The notes beneath the pieces were generated by a model. It searched no databases, had not been told where the DNA came from, and was given only the letters and a program-made list of their open reading frames with translations. Shown in pieces: positions 13,192-27,683 of a stretch of DNA of 64,000 bases. This stretch comes from Ascidiella aspersa (Eukaryota): assembly GCA_963924565.1 (NCBI GenBank), contig OZ004608.1, positions 4,836,001 to 4,900,000 on the forward strand, written 5' to 3'. The translations under genes were made by a program, and so were the position numbers. Numbering within the stretch: position 1 is the stretch's first letter; every line of letters begins with the position of its first letter.

Positions 13192-16100
13192 TTATTTTCC
13201 TTTTCTTCTGTTCTTTCCGGGAAAGTGCGGAGGCAGGAACTTCTTTCTCTTCTTTAGCTCCTCCTTGACATTGAGTCCGAAGAGCATGTTGACGCAGGGA
13301 CCCCAGATCTCGTTGTCGGCCAGGTAGAGCGCCTGTATGATGAGGTCGTGAAGTTCCTTGCCGAGAGTCCTAGGATCATCGAAGAGGTTGAGAGCAAAGA
13401 GTGCGTGATGCTCTCTCCTGGCAAGAGCAAGGAGGAGCCGGAGCTCAATCAGGAGGGCGGAACTGTCGGGAGAGAAACTCTCGATGGAGCTGAAGTGCTC
13501 ATAGAGCTGCTTGATCCTGAAGCAGTGCGACTCCTCTCCCTCCAGGAGTCTGTTCCGGATGCCGGAATCAGCTCCACCGATGTAGATCTGACTGGTGTTG
13601 CCGATATCTCCGAGGTGATCCGACGTGGTGTCGTTCACCACCAGGAGGTACATGAGGTTCTCCGACGATTCCGGCTTGAATCCGTCCGGGATCGGATGAC
13701 AGAGCTTCTTTATGAGCGTCTTCACTTTAGGATCAATCCACTTCAGCTCCGAAGGAAACTCGAATCCCAGCTCCACGCAGTCGGATGTTTGGACGATCCA
13801 GCGTTGCCATGAAAACTTGGGTTCATCCCTGGCTCTCACCGGGGTCTCGTCACCCTCGGGGACTTCCCGGTTATATGGGTCCTTTTTGACGTAGATGAAT
13901 GGCGGGCAAAAGTCCTCCGCCTCTAATCTTCCGGATGCGTTGAGCGTCGATGGGAGGTTGATGATGGAGGGCTTGTGCTCATAGAGGACCGTCTGGATGT
14001 GAGCTTTTCTCACAACTCCCTTGCGGAACTGCTTCGGAAGGTCGAAGAAGTCGAAGGGACGCGATTCTCCTGACTTAGTGTTCCACCTGAAGACCGATAA
14101 GCAGTGTTAATTGTACCTATTTAAGTCAGTGACTTGAACTGACTGAAATGCACTGAAGCCACTGTTTTTATTGAATTAGTTGACTTGACTATTTTGGGCA
14201 AAAAACATTTTCGGCAAAATCACAAATAACTGTTTTTTTTCTGGTGTGAAATTTACAGCAAACGTCAAATTATATGTTAGGTTATTTTTAGTGTTTTGCT
14301 AAAAGGAACAATTTTTAATTAAAAAAACTCACTCTTAGCGTTGTATTGACTAAATATATTCGAACCCAGCAATCAACACGACGTTTGTGACGAAACAACA
14401 CCAACAAAAAAACATCAGGACGCATTATTGTTCACAAAATATTGCGCGAACTAAAGAACATGATAAAACAACAGTCGGGCAAAAATTAACCAAAGTTTGT
14501 TGTTTTGACCTGAATTTCAATCACCTGTTGCCCAAGTGTTAAACGGCAATATGCAGCAGCTTTATGCAAAAAACTGCATTAAACTAATCTTCTACAGGAT
14601 TACGCAAAAACTCACTTTGGAGAGCACAGGTATGAACATTAAAAAACCTATTCCACGTACCTTATATTGTACTGCTGTTTGATGAGATTCACCGCAATTT
14701 TCTTCGGCGTCTTGGGGCGGAAAGGTTTCAAAATGTCGGGTGGACTTTCGGCGGCCTTAACGCAATCCCTGAGCGCCGCTTTTTCGGCGAATTCCAGCGA
14801 ATTCCCGTTTTCGGTCACCGACTTGGGCATGTACTTGGTCAGGTCCTTGCATTCTAGTATTTCCTCTAGCTTTCCGTCTTTTTCTTCGTCTCCCAGTTGT
14901 CTGTGAACAAAAGCTAAGTTCAAGGTTGAAGGTGTGGCGTGTTCAATGTACAGTTCGTGGACCAAATAAATAAATTTATTTTATTCAAAAATGTTTAAAA
15001 GTCATGTTATTTGTCCCAACTTAAGTCAAGTCAAGTCTTTTTTTTAAATGACCTAAGTTAGGTCAAGTCATTTGAAAACAGTGGCTTAGGTACACTTAAG
15101 TCAAGTCTTTTTTGATGTACTTATTACAAACACTGGTTATTCATGTTGTTAAAAAGTTAAATTGATTCAATCGAGCCGGAATTTAAGTCATTGGCATCGA
15201 CAATTAAACGTTAAACTAATTCAATTGGTTTCCTTTTTGGTCTTTAATTTATATTTTGCATGATACTTCCCAAAAAAGTAAACTTTTTTACGTGTTTACA
15301 TTGAAGTGATGTAATCATCTTTATTTTGCTAAATAACTTCGGTAATTATACGTCGAATGTAAACATTCTTTAAACAATACAATCGCTTTAATTAGAACAA
15401 GATTTTCGTTGAGAGACGCTATTGGTTGAACAGAAACTATTTTCGTTTCGAAAACCTAATATAATTGTGTAATTTATTTCCGTCAATCATTCAATTGTCA
15501 CCGAACAAAGGAAACAAACACGCCACATATCTTATTACGTCATGGGAGCGATAGTGTGACATGACAAGGGCGTCGCGACCAAAATATTTTAAACAGATTG
15601 GTAGATTCAGTTTGCGCAAACAACACAATAGGAAGGTAGCCCATTATAAATAAAAGGTCAAAAATGGTTAAAAAGGATCCAAATTATTTCAAAACACAGA
15701 ACATTGTGATAAAAATTAAAATGAATGGAATTGAATCTTCTGTTCTACTTAAAAAGCTTTAAAAAAATTCAAACAAACTTTAGTTTTCTTGAAAACAGCG
15801 ATTATTACCACGAAATTGTAATCCTACACACTCTTTCGAAACACAATCCCAAACGCAACACAGAAATCAAAAGTAAACGAAATCTGACTTTTGTCCACTC
15901 GATTGAACTGATTTGTAATGTAGTTTAATAATTAAATAATGATTGTTAAAGTCAAAAAGATGTCGATTTACTCAATTTTTTCATTATGGATTTGGCGATA
16001 AAAATGGCGTAGTCATAAGTCTATGCAAATATTTATCTCATTGATAGAACGGTTAATGGCTAGTTTTACGTTAATTTTTTCCTATTGATTGATATGGGTC

Positions 16101-18334
16101 CGTGAGTGTTTGTAAGGGGAAACACCTATAAACGGCTGTGAACCACTGATCTACAGATGGTTATTATATGGCTGGCTATATTTACTATGTTAATCAATGT
16201 TTTAACGAGTACACCGCCACAAAACACTATAGCGGTTATTGTATTTTGCAATGGGCAAGACTGTAGCCTTTACACGAATCAAACTTTTGTGATCAGACAA
16301 AAGTTGGCCTTTTAGTTGAGCCACAAAAGCGGAGTCGAAAATACCACTGCCATTGTTGCGTCACACAGGCTCCTTAGCATTGTGCTGTCACAATGATGAA
16401 TGAAGCGGACGCCGAATGAATTTCGAGCAAAGTGAAAGTAACAAAAACGGATTTGAAACTTGTAGCTTTTGTTAATCTCTTGATTTTACTGATTTTAAAC
16501 CAAGTAAACAGTTGCGGTACATGCAATTTAACCACAAAACCAATGAATACATTGATCTAAATGCCCGAAACAACTATAAGCTTTTAGTCCAAGCAAATAA
16601 AAGCCTTTAATCATTGTTCAAATATTTTATTCCAGATAAGTTTTAAAGGCCATTGTTTCCATTGTTACCTCAGGTCCAACGACATAGTGATGTTATTGTT
16701 GCCGAACAGTGCTTCTTCGAACTTGAGTAACACGGCTTTCTTGATAAGCAGATGTTGTTTCTGTTGTTTGTGGAGTGCCAAGGCTTGTAGGAGTTGCTCC
16801 AAGTCGCTTGTGGGTTTGGCAGCTTTCTTTTTCTGAACAACAAACGTGGCAGTTATGAAGTTAGTGGTTTACAATTGATGGACCGCAACAAAATGTGTTA
16901 GCAGGCTACGCTTTTTAAACATCCACTTATATGTTTTTAAGTGTTAACCATTTTCAACTATTTTTTGTACTTTGAAAAGTCAATGTGGCGAACTTAAAAC
17001 TATTAACATAAGTAAATATAAAGAACATATTTGTTTTTTGTTTAACGCAGCAAATGTTGCAAACAAAACTATTGCAAGTTTTCGGAATTATTCATCTAGC
17101 GGAAAGCTTTTAAAAAAACTTTTTAAGGAATATTTTGTTACTTAAATAATTTCAGTGGAATGGTTTAACTTCTAAATTGATTAATGGTTCAGTGGTTCTA
17201 AAAAAACGTGCGTCGTTTTAATTTTTCAAGGGTGTCTCTTAATGATTTGCTTTGTATCTAAACTAAATTCAATAAATAAAATGCTAACTGGTATTATTTT
17301 TAACTTAACTTAGTTCAAATGACAAGTGCATTTAAAATAACATTAACCAGAATACCGGTTTCAATTGATCATTATTTTCTGATACAAGATATAAATAAAG
17401 AAATCAAAATAAGTAAATTCGTATTGCTGGGTGAGTCGCAAGTCCAACAAATTTCTCCAAAGGAGTTGCAAAAAAAGTTAGAACCACCGGGTTAATTCAA
17501 AGCAATATTTTTATATAGCCTACCATAATTTTTCACCAGGATTAGTTTTTCCAATGCGGACATCATCATACATTCTCCCAATAAATCCCACTTTTATCTT
17601 ATCCTTCTAATTCTCCTATGGCTTGGCACGCCGAACAACAAAACTTTTACAAACGCTATGCAAGAAAAAAACGTTCAGCGGGTTAATTCAAATCAGTATT
17701 TTTATATACCATTATTTTTCTCCGGAATAAGTGCCCCCTATTGCCTATCCCATAATACCATTCCTCTATAACAGTGCTTCTTAAACTTTTTTAGTTTTGT
17801 TCACCCCCAGCATCTATATCCAGATTTCATTCACCCTCGTCTCATAAAAAATGAAAAACTTAAAATTGATTTTGTTTTTTAAATTCTCATCTGCTCACTG
17901 AACAGGTTGAACACCCGGAATATCCGCCCTGCTCGAAAGCTATTATATATTTCTGACGGTTCACCCTTATTCACCCCTGCAAAAATATTATTCACCCTGG
18001 GGTGAACCATTCACCTGATTAGGAAACACTGCTCTATAAAACCCACCTTTATCTTATCCTTCTTATTTTCCTCTCCGTCAGTTTCATCCTCGTCATCTTC
18101 TCCGCTCTGCTCATTTTCCTCCTGCTCACTTTCCTCCTCCTCTTCTGGTTCTTCACTATCTTCTCCTGCGTCCATCCTCTTCGCTCGCTCCGCTACATCC
18201 CTGTCGATCGCATCCTGGATGCCCCCCTTGATTCTCTCCCCGATCGAGAGCAGATCCCGGTACATATCGACGAGAGAGACATCCGACGAGTCCCCCATGC
18301 TCAGGATCTCCTTAAGCAAGCTGTTCTCAGTCAT
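13192..18334 (-). CDS. Uncharacterised ~528-aa protein: acidic tract, C-terminal GIY-YIG-like domain, basic tail
   Basis: Exons 18334-18047, 16832-16669, 14900-14661, 14086-13192 (phases 0,2,2; 1587 nt, open to the stop). Motifs NLMYLLVV...QIYIGGADSGIRNR...H and terminal FGLN; KKRKK...RRKGK tail. Possible non-coding first exon ending near 20323. Confidence 0.8.
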
Positions 18335-20610
18335 GACCGCATAATTTATCCCATGCGCCAGAAGAATTTAATAGCCAAGCAGTTATTCTGGTGCTATTTT
18401 AATGCTCAGCTGTCTATACAACCAATATAGTGATTTTCAGGAAAATAAGCTATTAAAGCTATAAGCAAGAATTGTGTACAAAAGAGTATGTTTTATTTAA
18501 AATACAACCTTAGGCTGATTAGGGCTAGTATAATAATAATGCTAAACTACAATTTTAGCTTCACACAAATATACGAAATTTATTTTTTTACAATTTTTGT
18601 TAATTCAGCATAAATTGCCGTTATGCAATCGTTATGTAAGAGTTATCAACTGCATAAAACTTTCTATAAAATATTAAAATATTTAACACATGCAATGGTT
18701 TCAGTGTTTGCAAAGAACATGCTTACGACAATTTTTTTTTTTGGTTTAAAAAGATTTTAGTTTTATAAAAAGCTGTAAGATTGTTTCTTAAATATTCTAA
18801 AACTTTTCAAAGCCAGTGTAATTTGAAATTGTTATCCAAGACATGATCTGCATCCAACAATTATCAAAACATGAATAAGTCAATAAAAACACGTACGTGA
18901 ATACAACGAACGTGCTTAAAACTAGGTCCGGATTTACTACTGTGTGCTAGGCTGCTAGTGCGTCTCAAAAATATATAAAACATCATGTTTACCATTCTTG
19001 GCCAACAAATTAGTTTCAGTTGGTCTTAAAATCAATGTAAAGTGTAAAATCCACAGTGAAAAATATCACATTGTAAAAAGCCACACAACGTCACTAAAAT
19101 GTTATGTTTAACTTTCATTTATGTGTTTAGCAACTTTTAAAGCGAGAAATTTAAGTTAAAGTCAAATTGTGTTTAAAAAGTTAGGTTTGACGAAAAGCAA
19201 CAACATTCCGTAATAAATTAGGCGTATATCAGGCAGGATTATAAGGAATTTTTAAAGCGAAAATTTATCCAATTCTTTACAGTTACACGACAAAGCATGT
19301 CGGTCGCAAAGGGTTAAATTTAAAAGATCGCCGTTTCTGTGTGGCAGCAATTGCTCAGTGTACTGTACAAACATGTACAGCACTGTACAAAGAAGGCAGG
19401 CAACTTATCAAACAAGATTCCGTGGCACACAAAGTGGCAAAAGCAAACACGAGTTGTTACCCGGAACACAAAGCGATCTTATCGCTGATTTGGGCGATAA
19501 ATTGGCGGAAGTTTGCCCGGCGAATACCGATCATAAAAATTCCACTAGATTTGTGTTGTTTTTAAGCAAAGAAATGCAGCAAAAACACTTGTAAACGGAT
19601 TATATACGTTTTAAGAACGTAAAATTAATATCTTATTAAACATTTATTTGTGCTGAATGCTTTACATGTGTATTAAAACCAGTTACACTCGCTATTTTTT
19701 CCAAACTGGACAAAGAATTATTGTTTAACGTTTGACCCAATAGTACAAAACGGTAGTAGCAAATTTAGTGGATACTTAAGTTAAGCTGACGAATATAATA
19801 ATAATATTTGGGCATTATTGTGCAACGATGGAACAAAAGCCACATATAAATAATTCATCAACAACTTTGGTGTTGTTACAAGCCCAATAAAGCTACAATT
19901 TCTAATAAACTGACAATTTTGTAGGAACGGCTAAGCATTTCAAACGGCTCTAAGCATATTTCATTTATTTAATTAACAACTTAGAATACTAAACAAACCA
20001 TAGACGATTTATAAGGAATCTGCCAGTTTGTCTTAACTGCAAACTTAGGCGAGCCATGCATGTTACTCACATCATGCGATATATTTAGCCAAGCAGAAGA
20101 ATCGTTAATTTACAAAAACAATCAAAGCTAGCAAAACCGCTAAAGACTTGCTACATTGTGGGATGCCCTGTTTTCTACGCTACACAGAAGCCGGCATTCA
20201 GTATAGGCGGGTACAATCTATTTACCTTATGCGCCAAAGCACCTTTAGGACAATCCACAACTTTTCAATTGACAGAGTTTCTTTACAAATCTTCGAATCC
20301 CGACCCAGAACGGACACAGATACCTTACAAGCTGCTTTCACGTTAAATCCCACCCCGCTATTGTTGCGTACACAATACAATTACGACGTAACAATGCGAC
20401 CCGTCAGCTTGCCTTGCGCCATGGCGACCGAACGCCAATCGGTGTGACGATATTGGGAATTCCAAGACACTTTAGAGCAAATCATAATAACTTGAACCTT
20501 TGCCCGGTTGAGTTCCACGTAACAAAGCAAAAACAATAGTCCGTTGTTTTAATCCTCGCCTATCGTAAAATGCAAATGTATTTTTAGCAAGCTATGCTTT
20601 TATAAAAGCG

Positions 20611-20967
20611 CAGTGTTGTAAACAAGTCATTTTGAAATGACCAACTTTCAGTCAAGTCGTTAGTATTTTCGAATAAATAAAAAGTCCCAGTCCACGTCAT
20701 CAATTGCCCAAGTCAAGTTCTAATTAAAGCAAGTCAACTTAAAGTCAAGTCTATGTCATAAAAAGATAAATAACCCAACTTAAAAACAACTTAATAAAAA
20801 AACTTTATTTCAACCCATGTCAAGTTTACGAAAGACCTAATTCAACCCAAGTCATTTGTCTAAAAGACTTAAGTCAAGTCAAGTCATTTGCTCAAAATAC
20901 TTAAGTCAAGTCAAGTGATTTGAAAACAGTGACTTAAGTGCACTTAAGTCAAGTCATTACAACACTG
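20611..20967. mobile_element. hAT-type MITE, AAGTC-repeat family
   Basis: Perfect TIR CAGTGTTGTAA/TTACAACACTG, perfect 8-bp TSD TAAAAGCG, internal AAGTC arrays. Degraded relatives at ~14102-14190, 15000-15135, 43790-43925, 52510-52750, 57910-58300, 62877-63134. Confidence 0.9.
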
Positions 20968-21443
20968 TAAAAGCGTATTTTTATTACAAAACAAACCGTA
21001 TGTCATAGGCGTCTACTGACGCTCAACGTACCGTAGTTCAAACAACGACCAGCAGACCCAATCATAATATTATGACGATGCCAGACAGACGAACTTACAA
21101 TACTTTGAGGGAATATAAAAACGTTTACACACAGCAAATCAGAAACGGTTTATCCTTAGTTCCAACATAGATTATTCGGATGTAGTTCCTAATTACGTTC
21201 CCGTAGTAGGTTTACCATGCACATGTATACGAGACTACAAATAAATGGGCTGGAAAACCGTAAAACGGCAGCGTACTTTCCTTAAACAGTTGTAAAGTCA
21301 TTTAATGCTTCACTATGTTTGTACTGCAATTTCAATTTGCAGGAACGTCAACAAAACGCTACAAATTTTACATTTTCCGATAGTAAATGATTTTTCGTCA
21401 TTTAGAGCAGATGTTTGCTAAGGCTATACCGGTTACGTTAAAC

Positions 21444-21769
21444 CAGGGGTTCTTAAACTGGGGTCCATGGACCCCTTGGGGGTCCGTGAACTAGTTTTGG
21501 GGGGTCCATGAAGCCCTAATTAAAGAACTAGTGTATACTTAGTAATTAATTTTCCAAAGAAAACACTTTAATTAAAAATTAAACGGTTTTGCACTGAATG
21601 CATAGTTAGACTCAATTTAACTTTCACATTTTTCGGACCGAAATAAATAGAGATATGAAGTCTATTTGTATTGTGACGTCATTTCGGAGCATTTCTTGCC
21701 TACCGGGGTCCACGCAAAGCAAAAAAAAATTTTTAGGGGTACGCGGTAAAAAAAGTTTAAGAACCCCTG
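21444..21769. mobile_element. hAT (Buster/Charlie-like) MITE
   Basis: TIR CAGGGGTTCTTAAACT/AGTTTAAGAACCCCTG; perfect TSD CGTTAAAC. Confidence 0.92.
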
Positions 21770-22537
21770 CGTTAAACTTGGCGCGTCTCAAATCACTTTC
21801 TAAAGCGGCTATTTTGCGAACTTCTACGTCATTTTTGCATTTATTCCTGTAACGCGAAAATGTTTTCCATCCCTGAATTACTTAAACCTTTCAGGTCAAC
21901 TGACTCGATAACCATTCTGTGGTTCTTCGTTGATGCTACTGTGTTCGCATTTGTAGCGACAAGCAAACAGTTATCTTTTCTACCTGGTACTTTTTCTATA
22001 AGCCGCCTTAAACGCCTATAAGCCGGTTCGTGCCCGCTTTGTAAGTTAATAGCCAACGAGCTAAATTCCACTCCAGTCACCAGTCAAGTAGTAAACAGCT
22101 CGTCACATTAAAAACGCTTTGAACAATGATTTGAAGTGCTGGAGAGGCGGCTTAACAATCTTGCACTCGAGTTAGGGGCTAAATAGGACTTGTCTCATCA
22201 ATCTTAAAAAGTATCTCTTACGGAACATTTCTTGCTCAATGACCAAGCCCCTTGGTAGGTCTATACTTTGCTTGCGTTAAGTTGTCTTATACACAACAAT
22301 TCTATCTTTTAGAGGCGAAGACTTTGTATTGTCTTTGAGATTAGCTAAAATCCAGGAAATTGCTTAAAAGAGGTTTACCTTTAAAACTGAGATGTCAATG
22401 TAATATTCAGCAAACTTTTGTGTAATTTTTTATTCAAAAGTGAAATAAATTAATAGTGTCCTCGATCGTAGCAGATAAAGATAAAAAAGGCACAATGTCA
22501 TTGTATGATTGCTTGTTGAGTAAAATAGAGGCTAGAA

Positions 22538-22781
22538 CAGCGGTTCTCAACCAGTGGGCCATGGCTCACTTGGGGAGGAATTAAAAAGGAATGTAAAACT
22601 ATTGTTCAGCTGCAAGCATCTCACTAATGCACGGTTGAATAAATAATCTGTTTTGAAATATGTTCTGCTGTGTTTTGTTCTAAACCTATTTTACAGTTTT
22701 TCCTCTCATAAAAATTTATTGGGCCACAGATTTTTTTGCAACGTAAATGGGCCACGAAAGATAAAAGGTTGAGAACCACTG
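22538..22781. mobile_element. hAT (Buster/Charlie-like) MITE
   Basis: TIR CAGCGGTTCTCAACC/GGTTGAGAACCACTG; TSD GGCTAGAA/GGCTAGAT. Confidence 0.88.
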
Positions 22782-23164
22782 GGCTAGATGGAACATAAAG
22801 TTTTTGTTGTGGCAAATTATCCTGGCAGAAAGGATATTCAATTTGACCCATTCTTTTACCCTTTTGTAAACAGCGGACAAATTTTTGCTTTGGTGAAGTA
22901 ACGCTAAAACACCATCAATTTTTTAAATAAATAAATTTAGAAAATAGTTCAATAAGTACTGTAATTAGTGGTACTAATTACCAATTTAGTACCCATCTAC
23001 ATACTACTTGCATAAGTAAGATATTTTTTTATCAGCAAACAATTAAAAAAATAATAAGATTGTGTTTTTCAGATAATTTAGCAGTTACGATCCCCCGGGG
23101 TTCTTACAACGGAAGAAGAGCCACTGATTCCCTAATAAATAAATAATGATTGTTTTAACTGGCG

Positions 23165-26100
23165 TTATCTCACGACGACATCTATGACTTGTTGCCGTTG
23201 CAAAAAATTGTCCGCTCTGCTTTGCATTGCTTCATCAGGGAAAGCCCCGACTTCGCGACCGTACACGTCCGTTAGGTGGAGCCAGAGATCGCGGTTTTTG
23301 CGAAAGGGCGCGAAGTCGAATTCGCTGTAGCGACTTTCGTGAACGGATGGACCGCAATCGGTGATAGCAGCGCCACCTAGGCATTCGTCTCCGCTGTAAA
23401 ATACTGCGTCCTAAAAAAAAATTTAAAGAAAAAATATTTTGATGATAAATTATACAAGGATATGTTTTTTGGAAAAAATGGTAGATTAAAATTTCAAAGT
23501 AAAAATTAGTCGCGCAAAATATATTTCGGCCCAAAATGAAGCCCTAGTTTTTAAAGCCAAACACAGACCAGAAGTAAGAAAAAAGACACTACATTATAGA
23601 ACACTATTACATGGTTGCCACACATTTATAAGAAATTAATTTTCAATGACTTTCCAAAAAATGTATAGGTTTTTGAAGACCTAAAATTACACCAGCCGAA
23701 ATGCTTTGAATATAATTCGAAAATAAAACAGTGCCAGTGTCAACACAAAGAAACAAATATATATTAAATTTTGTATTTCTATGGGACTTTCAAAGCACGT
23801 AACTAATAGGCTACACAAAAAACAAAAAATTAAAGACTATTTAAATACTTTTGGAGAAACATAGGTTTTTTTGAAGACTGAGCAATAACAAATTATTTTA
23901 ACAGACATTTAAAGATTCTAAAACTTTGTGGCAACCCTGTATTACATTTTGTAGATGGAAACGAACCTGTCCCGGGGTAATTGCACGCACAGGATGATCC
24001 AACAACACTAAAGTCTGGTTGTCGCTCACTTTGTGCAACCTGCAGTTCACTGAAATACATATTATAAAGTCATTTCGATTGCTAGATCGAGCTACTTTGA
24101 ATAATACGACTACATTTGTTCAAGAACGGTACCTTGTTTTTGTTTTTTAAATATAGAAAATGTCCATAATATGACAGAAATAGTTTACAGTAGGCTGGCA
24201 CAGATTAACAATAAGAATGAAATGACAAATTTTAATTTGGTTTATAGCGACTGTTTAACATAATATTGAAGAGTAACACTTTACTAATTGTATATTGGTT
24301 AATAACTTGTAAAATAACGGTAAAAAGGATAAAACGACCTGCGTAAGATAATCTGATTTTTATCTATTGCAACGTACAAATTTCAGAGATACGATTTTAG
24401 TGACAGCCAATGCAGACTGCACCAGGGCGACAAAAATAGGTAACATATTATCACACGTGCTAAAGAAACTAGGCTACGCTCTGTAGGAAGAGGAAGCTTA
24501 TGCGCCTTTGCAATTACACAATAACGTCTATTCATTGCTACAGGAACATAACAAAAGTATAAATAATTTCGAGTACGACTGCAAATAATTACTATCAGGC
24601 AACAGTAGTTATGCGCTCTTTACTCTCACCTAGTGGATGGCGATGTTGAAACCTAAATTGGGCCTCCGTAGCGCCTCCAGCGGTAAACTTTGGTGCCGAG
24701 TGAGACACCCAGTGGACGGGTCCGGTTACAAAACTTTTGCTGAAGAGCAGCGGATGATTCGGACCTTCTGCCTAGAAAATATAAAAAGATTTAGAATTAT
24801 TGGTTTAAGAGATGATTGTCAAATTAGAAAAAAAAGGTGTAAAAAACAAAGTAATATAGTTTTCTATTTTTGTCTACTTTTTAGAAATTAATTTTCAACA
24901 TAATTATTGAAATTTAAAAGCCTTTACAAATTACAAATAACAATGGAACAGGTTTTAAAAAAATATGTATATAATAAAAATAGAAAAGTTAAACAAAACA
25001 TATAGCAAGTTTTTGCAAAAGATTTATATAATAATTTCTAAAGTTAAAATATATAGATTGATTTTGACAAAACTTACCACAATTACATCTCCGGTAGTAA
25101 CGTCTTTATGAACCACAACCTGGAGTTTAGCGAGTCCTCCGATACCACTTCGCTGACCAATTGTGTACAAGAAGCAGCCGTTGTGTTCACCGAGAACTTC
25201 ACCGCTGTCATAAGACACAAACTTGCCATGCGATGGCGGTATGTAGTTCTGCAAATTGAATTTAAATAATCAACATTTATTAAGTGACAATTTAAAACAT
25301 AATGGGGGATTAAGTAGTGTTATTGTGTTTATATCGTTTGAGCAAGCAAATTTCTGTAAAATACCAATTTTATACATAATGGGGGTATTTAGCTAAATAA
25401 ATTTTAATATTTGAAAAAAATATTAAAAAAATAAAGTAAAAATTATGAAAATATAGACAAACTTTAATCTTATTCTTACTGGTTTTGACATTTTGTTAAA
25501 GATTATAAATTTATTAGTTTATATATAATTTGTTTTTATTAGGAATTTTTAAAAATTAAAGGGAGTTTTAAATTTAAAATAAAAAATTGCTTCATGAACA
25601 GCAATTTAAAAATAAAAACACTTACTGAAAGAAAATCTTTGAACGATCGCTTTCCAATGAAGCAAATCCCCATGCTTTCTTTTCGATCCAAAGTAAACTT
25701 TATTTCAGAACTCTGAGCAATCTCTTTAACTTTGGACTTTTTTAGGTCACCAAGAGGAAAGTAAGTTCTCTGCAAAGCCTTGTTTGATATCTAAAACAAG
25801 AAATAAAAAAATTTTATACCAAAAATAAAATTAGAAAAACATTTGTTGTTTTTTAGGCCATTTACATCTTAAATCAAACTTTTACTTATTTATCAACCAG
25901 CGTTTGTATATATTTATTTAACAAAATCTATATTGCAAGGTAGCACTTTCAAGTAAAAAAATGTAGTAAGTAGCTATGAGTAAGAGAGGTATCTGACCTG
26001 GTGGAGAAAAAATGTTTGATCTTTAGTTTCATCAATTCCTTTAAGAAGTCTTACATCTAGACCTATAACACACTTTGTTTTACATACATAGTAATAGTTT

Positions 26101-27249
26101 ATGATTTGCTGATAAAAAAAACAACTTAACATTGAGATCAGTACTTCTAAAGCCTAAAAATATCTACAATTTAGGTTAAAAAGATTAAAAGCTTTTTTTT
26201 AAAAACATATAATAGTGCAATTTATGTACCAAGAACTAATTTTTACACTAAATTTATAACTTACAGTGTTGGAACAGGCATAGGCCCCAAAATAACCAAT
26301 AAATAATAATATTATAACAATTATCTGTTAAAGTTATTATACCTTTCTGTTTATTGAAAACTTTTTCTCCAATGGTGGTTCTTGCATAATGACCAGTTGC
26401 AACAATAACATCTTGGCTATCGACAATCCTTTGACACTTCTTGTGGAAAGCATCAAACTTGACGTGTTTATTGCACAAAACATCAGGGTTTGGTGTTTGA
26501 CCATTAATAAAACTGGCAAGTGTTGGTTCAAACACATCAAGCCAATATTCTTTCACCAGGTTTACCTAAATAATAATAGAAAGTAACCAATATTTATTGT
26601 TTAAAGTTAGTCAGAGTGGAAAAACAATATTTAGTTAGTAGAATGTTTTTATAATGTTTTTGCAATATATTTATTTAAAATTTTAGATAATTTTTTTGGA
26701 ATTTTTAAAATGAAAAATTTATTACGTAGAATTTTGAAAAACGTTGCAGGATAATAATTTTTTTGGTAATGTTATACTTTACCTCATGAAATGGTATTTC
26801 AAGGTTTTTGCAAACTTTTTGAGCGTATATTTTATCCTCATCATTTCCACAACTTCCCAATTCATCACGGATGTCCCAATTTCTCATAAAAACACCAACG
26901 ACATCCAGACCTAAAATTGGAAATCATACAATTGAGGTATACATTAAGTATGTCTAGTTACATTTTTTATAAATTTATAAAAAATGTATTAATTCCAATA
27001 TGATGTATATCAATTATTTTATGATGTTTTATTTTTTCAATGCAAAATTGCAAAGGACTGAATAAATATAATAATAAAATTTCACCCTAACAAACCCGCT
27101 CCCTAACCCAAATTATGTTAGCCCGAAAAAAATTTGGTGGGATTCTAGACCAGCGTCAAAGTTTGTTTACCTTTGCGTTTCATTAGCAATGCAGCTACCG
27201 CGCTATCAACGCCGCCAGAAATGGCACAAATAACCTTTCCGAACGACAT
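23165..27249 (-). CDS. TRMU: Mitochondrial tRNA-specific 2-thiouridylase 1 (MnmA family)
   Basis: Exons 27249-27171, 26910-26783, 26565-26343, 26062(or 26056)-25998, 25790-25626, 25248-25078, 24771-24630, 24049-23967, 23410-23165. Motifs SGGVDS (PP-loop), GVFMRNWD, TPNPDVLCN, ATGHYA, KDQTFFL, ESMGICFIG, YTIGQR, RAITPGQ, ECLGG are all intact. Confidence 0.96.
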
Positions 27250-27683
27250 TTCACATATTTTCATATAAATTATCGCCCGGGAGTATTTAAATTATTTTGA
27301 AAATCCTTGGAAGTCAAAACAGAAAAGAAAAATAAATAAAAATAATCTGATCGAAATCGGTTATAAAGCAAGTCAGGTTGAACAGCGGCCATATTGCTTC
27401 TTCTTCATTTAGCAAGCGTAAAAGGGCATTTGCGTCAATCGAAAATGTTTAAGTTAAAGTTCCCAGACGTGTAATATCTTAAAATGTTTAAGAAATAAAG
27501 AAAAAAAACGCAACATGAGCAATTTGTTGTGAAAACTAAAAACCCCCGTAATATTTACGCAAACGTCAAAGGCAAAAGGAGATATTTCAAAAAGAAATCG
27601 CCCATCTTTTTTTGAGAAATCGCTCGCGCGTGAAGCGCTGATCACGTGGTTAGTCAAGCAGGTCCAGTAAAAACGAACGTCAG
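27250..27683. promoter_or_regulatory. Probable bidirectional promoter shared by TRMU and the MULE-derived gene
   Basis: Divergent ATGs only ~760 bp apart; CpG-containing patch TCGCTCGCGCGTG, E-box CACGTG (~27643), YY1-like GCGGCCATATTG (~27385); candidate 5'UTR donor after 27683 and acceptor at 27989. Confidence 0.55.

Noticed and set aside
10112-23164. Trans-spliced operon of TRMU, the orphan and DNAH12 (all minus strand)
   Set aside because: Multi-kb intergenic spacers and separate promoter-like motifs; no direct evidence of polycistronic transcription.
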